The notes beneath the pieces are model-generated. The model did no database searches and was not told where the DNA came from. It saw only the letters and a program-made list of their open reading frames with translations. The position numbers were made by a program, and so were the translations under genes. DNA of 64,000 nucleotides from a virus, in the IMG/VR virus record IMGVR_UViG_3300034980_000576, positions 35,322 through 99,321 of that record. One strand, written 5' to 3'. Of this stretch, positions 58,261 to 64,000 are shown one piece after another; the first letter of the stretch is position 1; each line of letters starts with the position of its first letter.

Positions 58261-60255
58261 ATGGCCGGTTCGATAAGAGATAACCCGAAAAATGTACGAT
58301 CAGCATTATTCAAATCTTTAACTAGATTGTTTTCGGGCCCTATTATAAATTATAGATCCCAGTCTGGTCGCCGCATCCGGCGCCAACATTTGGATAAATT
58401 TTCATCAAGATTCGCTTCAGCCTCTGGTCAACAGTTCAAAAAGCAACATTATAGCCCTCTGGATACTTTGTCAACAAAAGCTATTCAAAATCAGCAAAGA
58501 ACCGAAAGGTACATTGATTTTGACCAGATGGAGTATATGCCAGAGATTGCCTCTACGATGGATATCTATGCAGACGAAATGACAACCTATTCGGCTCTGC
58601 GTCCAATGCTCAACATCAACTGCCCCAACGAAGAAATTAAAGCAGTTCTAGCAATACTTTATAGCAATATTTTGAATATCGAATATAATCTTTTCGGTTG
58701 GGCCCGCACCATGTGCAAGTATGGAGACTTTTTTCTATATCTGGATATTGATGACAAGTATGGAGTTCAGTCTGTTATCTCTCTTCCGGTCAATGAGGTG
58801 GAAAGATTAGAAGGTATGGACTCAACCAATCCGAATTACATCCAATACCAATGGAACTCCGCCGGAATGACATTTGAAAATTGGCAGGTATCCCATTTCC
58901 GTGTATTGGGTAATGATAAATATCAACCATATGGTACTTCAATTTTGGAACCTGCTCGGCGCATATGGCGACAACTTACTCTTATGGAAGATGCGATGAT
59001 GGCCTATCGGGTTATTCGTTCTTCTGAGCGCCGCGTCTTCAAAATTGATGTTGGTGGGATCCCCCCCAATGAAGTTGAGCAATTTATGCAAAAGACCGTA
59101 ACGAGCCTCAAGCGACACAGCGTTGTTGATCCGGAAACAGGTAAAGTAGATCTTAGATATAACCCGATGTCGATCGAAGAAGATTATTTTATTCCCGTGC
59201 GCCAGGGTTCTGTCACTGACATTCAAAATCTTGCCGGCGGGACCAATACCACAGAGATAGATGATATCAAGTATCTCCGCGACAAGCTCTTCTCTGCGTT
59301 AAAAATTCCCCAGTCTTATCTCGCGATGGGTGACGGCGCCAACGAAGATAAAACCACTTTAGCCCAAAAGGACATAAGGTTTGCGAGAACGATTCAGCGA
59401 CTCCAGAGAGTGGTGATATCAGAACTTGAAAAGATTGGAATTATCCATCTTTATACGCTGGGCTTCCGCGGCGATGATCTTCTTTCTTTCAAGCTCTCTC
59501 TAAATAATCCTTCAAAGATCGCAGAGTTGCAAGAAATAGAGCACTGGAAACAAAAGTTTGATATTGCTGGCTCAGCTACAGAGGGGTATTTCTCTCGGCG
59601 CTGGGTTGCTGATAACATATTTGGTATGTCCCATGAAGAATTCATGCGGAACCAGAGAGAAATGTATTATGATCGGAAGCACGACGCGTCACTTCAACAA
59701 GTCGCAGAAGCTGCAGCAGCCGGCGAAACGGCCGGCCTAGGCGGTGATATGGGCTTAGGCGATGCCGGCGGTGAACTTGACCTAGGCGGCGAAGAAGGGT
59801 TAGAGCTGGGCGATGCCCCGGATGAGATGCCAGCCGGCGAGGCCGGCGGTACCGAAGAGCCCGCTGGCGATGAATCGCCGTTGCTAGCAGTTCCGCCGGG
59901 ATCCCGTAACGCTCCTCGCTTGACGCCTGGAGCCAAAGGAAAAGTATATACACCGGTCAAGAGTGACAAACGCTCTGCTGGCGCCAGGACACGCTCGTAT
60001 TCCTCAAAATATTCCAAGGAAAAGGCTAGCCCAACTACAAGAAATATTGTACCCGGTTATGCTGATTTAAAAACTTTAACTAAAATGGATGGTCTATCTA
60101 CGGGGATTTATGAGACGGACGACTCTATATACTCCTTAGAAGAACAAGATCAAGAAAAACAAATATTTGAGGTCAATAAATCTGTCAGAAGTTTAATAGA
60201 TGTTTTAGAAAAAAAGGAAAGTGTACCCACGGAGCAAAATGATGAAGCACAATAA
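58261..60255 (+). CDS. portal protein (T4 gp20-like) with long acidic C-terminal extension
   Basis: PEIASTMDIYADE, YGTSILEPARRIWRQLTLMEDAMMAYRV.RS.ERRVFKIDVG, EDYFIP.R, IDDIKYLRDKLFSALKIP, DIRFARTIQRLQ; follows the terminase. Confidence 0.95.
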   Translation: MAGSIRDNPKNVRSALFKSLTRLFSGPIINYRSQSGRRIRRQHLDKFSSRFASASGQQFKKQHYSPLDTLSTKAIQNQQRTERYIDFDQMEYMPEIASTMDIYADEMTTYSALRPMLNINCPNEEIKAVLAILYSNILNIEYNLFGWARTMCKYGDFFLYLDIDDKYGVQSVISLPVNEVERLEGMDSTNPNYIQYQWNSAGMTFENWQVSHFRVLGNDKYQPYGTSILEPARRIWRQLTLMEDAMMAYRVIRSSERRVFKIDVGGIPPNEVEQFMQKTVTSLKRHSVVDPETGKVDLRYNPMSIEEDYFIPVRQGSVTDIQNLAGGTNTTEIDDIKYLRDKLFSALKIPQSYLAMGDGANEDKTTLAQKDIRFARTIQRLQRVVISELEKIGIIHLYTLGFRGDDLLSFKLSLNNPSKIAELQEIEHWKQKFDIAGSATEGYFSRRWVADNIFGMSHEEFMRNQREMYYDRKHDASLQQVAEAAAAGETAGLGGDMGLGDAGGELDLGGEEGLELGDAPDEMPAGEAGGTEEPAGDESPLLAVPPGSRNAPRLTPGAKGKVYTPVKSDKRSAGARTRSYSSKYSKEKASPTTRNIVPGYADLKTLTKMDGLSTGIYETDDSIYSLEEQDQEKQIFEVNKSVRSLIDVLEKKESVPTEQNDEAQ

Positions 60256-61066
60256 AAAAAGAAATACCGCGTTTGTTTACGAATGTTTAATAAAAGAAGC
60301 AACCGTGGCGGTTATTAAAAATGATGTACCCATGCAAAAAAGGGTGGTCAATGTTATAAAGAAACATTTTTCACCATCGTCGCCCTTGGGGCGGCACTTG
60401 GAATGTTATAAATCCCTGTATGAAAGGGAGAGGCTACCGCAGCATATGTGCGAGAGAATACTAAAAGAATCAAAGTTAGCTAGCCGATTAATAGATCCCG
60501 ATGGGCTATTTAAAGATCAAACGGAACTTATCAATGATATCAACACAAATCTGAATCCAGCAATTTTTAATAACTTTGTTCCCAATTATAAGACGCTAGC
60601 AACAATCGACCAAATATTTAGTTCGAAGACAAATCCAAAGAAAAGAGTTATGCTAGAAAATCAATTAGTTGGTTCCATGCTATATGACGCTCCGGAATCG
60701 GATGAGCTAACTGAAATAGATGATATAGCCGTGAGTACCTTTGTACACAAGTTCAACCAAAAATATTCCGATACGCTGTTGCAGGAACAAAAAACGCTGT
60801 TAAACTATTATATCGCATCCTTTACCGATAACGCACTCCAGCTTAAAATATTTTTAAATGAAGAAATTTCTCGTCTTAAGACAGAGATGGTCAATTCCAC
60901 AGAAACGGAGATGCTTAAAGAAGACCCCGACATGAAAGCTAGAACGCTCCAGGTTATAGAGAAGCTATCGAATTTTAAGGATTCAGATATAAATGATGTG
61001 GTGTTGCTTACCGTATTAAAGGCACAACTAATAGTCAAGGAGATCGGTGATGGCAGTAATCATTAA
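60242..61066 (+). CDS. hypothetical head-module protein
   Basis: MKHNKKRNTAFVYE...; helical ORF overlapping the portal stop; RBS ggag. Confidence 0.65.
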   Translation: MKHNKKRNTAFVYECLIKEATVAVIKNDVPMQKRVVNVIKKHFSPSSPLGRHLECYKSLYERERLPQHMCERILKESKLASRLIDPDGLFKDQTELINDINTNLNPAIFNNFVPNYKTLATIDQIFSSKTNPKKRVMLENQLVGSMLYDAPESDELTEIDDIAVSTFVHKFNQKYSDTLLQEQKTLLNYYIASFTDNALQLKIFLNEEISRLKTEMVNSTETEMLKEDPDMKARTLQVIEKLSNFKDSDINDVVLLTVLKAQLIVKEIGDGSNH

Positions 61067-61580
61067 AGTGGGTAAAAAGGCGAATGCCAAAAAAGTCAGA
61101 TTAGAACTTAACCTACGTCGCTCTATTTCTGGAGATTTGATGATTTTCGATCACGGAGACATCGATATTGTTTTGTCACCAGATAAAAATAAAATCTTAG
61201 CTTTTCCTAAAGAGAATATGTCAGACTTGGTATACGGAGCCCAGAACAGATTGTTTAAACTTTTACACCACCAAGGGCTTGTCCTTCCGGAAAGCATTCA
61301 AGCCGGCTCATTTTTTGGCTCCATTGAAGCATCGATGGAGAAATCGATTGATCCAGATGCGTCTGCAGCCAAAATGGCTCTTATAAAGATTCACGAATTC
61401 ATTGAAGAGGAGCGCCCGTACTTCGAACAGGCCGAGGCGGTTGTTTCCGTGACTGATGATCATTTGCTCGATCCAGACAAAGAATACTCGACAGAGCTAG
61501 GAGAGGTACCCCAGAAGAATACTCAAGGTTCCATGTATATCCGAGATCCATATGCTTTAAATTATATGTACACAATGTAG
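61050..61580 (+). CDS. hypothetical protein
   Basis: ATG after aggag; overlaps the upstream stop. Confidence 0.65.
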   Translation: MAVIIKVGKKANAKKVRLELNLRRSISGDLMIFDHGDIDIVLSPDKNKILAFPKENMSDLVYGAQNRLFKLLHHQGLVLPESIQAGSFFGSIEASMEKSIDPDASAAKMALIKIHEFIEEERPYFEQAEAVVSVTDDHLLDPDKEYSTELGEVPQKNTQGSMYIRDPYALNYMYTM

Positions 61581-61590
61581 GATTGCTATA

Positions 61591-62130
61591 ATGACATCTA
61601 AAATGAAAATTATATTAGAAAGATGGGATAGCTATCTTATCTTTGAGGAGGATACACTGTCACAACTCAAAGACGATCCTGCTGCAGTGGAAGAGCTAGC
61701 AGACGATGTTGCGCGCATTAAGGATAGAAAGAGGCTGCAAGCCGTTTTAAATGCATTAGCAGCCGATCCTCAAGTAATGCAGGTGGTTAGCGCACTCAAG
61801 GAGCTTGCACAAGAGGTTGATGACACCCCTGCCGATGTAGAGGAGAACCTATCCGACGACTTCCTCGGACTCGCGACTCAAGGATATGTAAGTGCCCGGA
61901 ACTTGTTGGACACTGAAGCCGCTCGAAAAATAATGAAGGTGGCACCACCCCTGCTGGCTTTGGGTCTTATCGCCTTCAAGCTAACGAGTGGCGGTGGCAT
62001 GGACCCTGATGACGGTGGTATGCTGTCAACAATTTTAAAAACCACCGGCAAGACTGACTTCGAGTCAGTCCTCGGTTTCATGGGTGCCGGCGCTGAGGGC
62101 GCCATAACGGAGAGACGATGGAGCTACTAA
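61591..62130 (+). CDS. hypothetical protein with type-B-like leader and hydrophobic segment
   Basis: MKIILERWDSYLIFE; VAPPLLALGLIAF. Confidence 0.6.
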   Translation: MTSKMKIILERWDSYLIFEEDTLSQLKDDPAAVEELADDVARIKDRKRLQAVLNALAADPQVMQVVSALKELAQEVDDTPADVEENLSDDFLGLATQGYVSARNLLDTEAARKIMKVAPPLLALGLIAFKLTSGGGMDPDDGGMLSTILKTTGKTDFESVLGFMGAGAEGAITERRWSY

Positions 62131-62426
62131 CATTTATATTATGCGCGTATGGGTTAACACAAGTCATCGTCTATGGTAGAATATTCTATAAAGTTAGACC
62201 AGTAAAAGGAAAACTGGGAGAGTTATTTAAGTGCCCTATGTGTGTAGGCTTCCACGTAGGCTGGTTTTTAATGCTACTTTCGCCATTTACAGAACTATTT
62301 AACTTTGATGTCTCGGTGGCAAATTTCTTTTTATTAGGCTGGTTATCATCGGGTACTTCGTACATTTTTAATATGGTCTTTGGAGACGAGGGAATAAAAC
62401 ATGAACACAAATATCTGGACAAATAA
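62118..62426 (+). CDS. small membrane protein, DUF1360-like (CPMC)
   Basis: Three hydrophobic segments with ELFKCPMCVGFHVGW. Confidence 0.55.
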   Translation: MELLTFILCAYGLTQVIVYGRIFYKVRPVKGKLGELFKCPMCVGFHVGWFLMLLSPFTELFNFDVSVANFFLLGWLSSGTSYIFNMVFGDEGIKHEHKYLDK

Positions 62427-62469
62427 GTGGATGTTACAGCCAGTTAGGCACTGCTGTAAAGGATCTTAG
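62401..62469 (+). CDS. possible 22-aa peptide MNTNIWTNKWMLQPVRHCCKGS
   Basis: ATG after gaggga; fills the gap exactly up to the protease start. Confidence 0.3.
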   Translation: MNTNIWTNKWMLQPVRHCCKGS

Positions 62470-62471
62470 CT

Positions 62472-63080
62472 ATGGGTCAAAAATTATTGAGAGAATATTA
62501 CGAACTTTGCGATGGCGGAGTTTGTCAGGATTTGCTTACAGAAGAAGAGAAGAGATTCGTTTCTGGAGGTGGTATGATTTTGAGCGGCATTATTCAGCGC
62601 TCTGATACCGTTAATGGTAACGGTCGAGTATATCCCCACGGAGTTCTCGTAAGAGAGATGAAAAACTACGAGAAGCTCGTCAAAGAACGGAGAGCCCTAG
62701 GTGAACTAGATCACCCGGAAGACTCTGTTATCAATCTTCGTAATGCCTCACACATGATGACTGAGGTATGGTGGGACGGTAAGAGTGTCATGGGTAAGGC
62801 CAAAGTACTCGACACGCCCTCCGGCAAGGTGCTTCAGGAGCTTGTGAGAGCCGGTGTAGCCATCGGCATATCCTCGAGGGGTATGGGCTCTGTCTCAGAG
62901 TCACAAGGCAACACAGTGGTGGAGGACGACTTTCAACTAATCTGTTTTGATTTCGTCTCTGAACCATCGACGCCCGGCGCTTTCATGATGAAAGAGGCCA
63001 AAGATTATGAGAACAAAGTATTCACCAAAGCTGATAAAATTAACAGGCTTTTAAACGAGATATTATTCGATGAAGAATGA
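62472..63080 (+). CDS. prohead core protease (T4 gp21-like)
   Basis: GIIQ....NGNGRVYP, ALGELDHP (catalytic His), GISSRGMGS (catalytic Ser), DFVSEPSTPGA. Confidence 0.93.
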   Translation: MGQKLLREYYELCDGGVCQDLLTEEEKRFVSGGGMILSGIIQRSDTVNGNGRVYPHGVLVREMKNYEKLVKERRALGELDHPEDSVINLRNASHMMTEVWWDGKSVMGKAKVLDTPSGKVLQELVRAGVAIGISSRGMGSVSESQGNTVVEDDFQLICFDFVSEPSTPGAFMMKEAKDYENKVFTKADKINRLLNEILFDEE

Positions 63081-63861
63081 AGAATTCAAAATCATAAACG
63101 AACGCTGGGATAGATATTTAAAAGAAGAACCTGAGCCGCTTGACGAGAGTGTATATGACATTCTTGATTTTATTAATAATCTGATTAGCTCAGGCAAGAT
63201 AGCAGAACTTAAAGCTATGTGGGATCTGGTGTCTATGATTGGTGGTTTCGTTTTGCCAAAGGTCGCGGCGGCCATGAGCATTCCTCTCGCCGGCGTAGTT
63301 CTGTTGACCCCCTTCTTTATTTCTATGCAGAAGAAGGGAAATGACAAGGCTATGATCAAAGATCTCGACGGAGAATTCGAAAAACTACGCCAGGCACACC
63401 CCGACAAAGAAGAAAATATCAACAAAGCTCATACAACTGTTAGGCACTCATATGCATATATTATGAAAAAATCCCTGTTTGCAGTTAATGGAAAGAAGCT
63501 TGAAAAAGAATTATCGCAAGAAGTAGATCCCACATCGGAAGGAATGGCGGAGAAAATTCAAGAACTTATATTAAAGAAACTAAACTTAGAGTTCTTCAGC
63601 GAGAACGCTGTCGGCGGCATCAACGCGTTTATTGCAGGCAATTTTGCAGATCCCAAATTGAGAAAAGCTTTGATTGAGTTTATTATAGGGTATGCCGGCA
63701 CCAACATAGGGAAACACTTACAAGATAAGACAAACTATGACCCTGCGACCGGTGCCTTGAGATTTAAGGCGCCACCCCCCACTAAGGGCCCAGAAGGAAG
63801 AGAAGAGACCCCCGGCGGCCTTACTCTCCCATCTGGGGATGATGTGAAGAAGTTTGGATAG
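63070..63861 (+). CDS. hypothetical protein with type-B-like leader and TM segment
   Basis: FKIINERWDRYLKE; hydrophobic VAAAMSIPLAGVVLLTPFFISM. Confidence 0.6.
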   Translation: MKNEEFKIINERWDRYLKEEPEPLDESVYDILDFINNLISSGKIAELKAMWDLVSMIGGFVLPKVAAAMSIPLAGVVLLTPFFISMQKKGNDKAMIKDLDGEFEKLRQAHPDKEENINKAHTTVRHSYAYIMKKSLFAVNGKKLEKELSQEVDPTSEGMAEKIQELILKKLNLEFFSENAVGGINAFIAGNFADPKLRKALIEFIIGYAGTNIGKHLQDKTNYDPATGALRFKAPPPTKGPEGREETPGGLTLPSGDDVKKFG

Positions 63862-63864
63862 AAA

Positions 63865-64000
63865 ATGAATAAAAAAGAATTAAAGAAATTACTGAAGCCG
63901 CTCGTAAAAGAGTGTATACAGGAAGCCCTCATAGAAGAGGGCCTCCTTTCTAATGTTGTTTCTGAGGTCGTAAAGGGCCTTGGAACACAGACTATTGTAG
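63865..64000 (+). CDS. hypothetical protein, 3'-truncated by window edge
   Basis: MNKKELKKLLKPLVKECIQEALIEEGLLS..., open to the window end; N-terminus loosely resembles the type-A leader. Confidence 0.6.
   Translation, partial: MNKKELKKLLKPLVKECIQEALIEEGLLSNVVSEVVKGLGTQTIV

Noticed and set aside
1170-63932. All minus-strand ORFs and short alternate-frame plus-strand ORFs in the track
   Set aside because: They lie inside long, tightly packed + strand genes, lack RBSs and motifs, and are best explained as shadow ORFs.
1-64000. Alternative genetic code, tRNA genes, introns/inteins, diversity-generating retroelement
   Set aside because: TAA, TAG and TGA all end genes at sensible junctions. Intergenic gaps are short with no cloverleaf seen. 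Terminase, primase and portal are uninterrupted. No reverse transcriptase or adenine-specific TR/VR pair was noticed.

Overview
This window is a 64-kb segment of a large dsDNA tailed phage with a T4-like head module and a contractile-tail baseplate. Every credible gene is on the + strand, in the standard genetic code. From 1 to ~39.7 kb lies a baseplate/tail cluster: an M15 peptidase-bearing protein, gp25-like and gp6-like wedge proteins, giant 2377-aa and 3725-aa (LamG-rich) proteins, and tail-fibre-anchor paralogues. From ~39.7 to 49.7 kb lie a RuvC-like resolvase, an FKBP PPIase, a primase, an Mre11-Rad50 fusion and a tubulin/FtsZ-family GTPase, several behind near-consensus sigma70 promoters. 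From ~53.7 kb come a holin/spanin-like trio, then terminase, portal and prohead protease. Two linked features stand out. First, about 17 otherwise unrelated ORFs start with one of two conserved leaders (MKITKxQLKQIIKEEL or MKxLFENWRxxLxE); these resemble capsid-targeting/prohead-protease leaders on variable cargo. Second, at 49.7-52.9 kb these genes form a cassette array punctuated by seven copies of a ~26-bp direct repeat. The repeat is the 3' end of the tubulin gene, and it supplies the stop codon of the upstream gene and usually the start codon of the downstream gene. All functional calls come from motif recognition by eye; no database searches were run.
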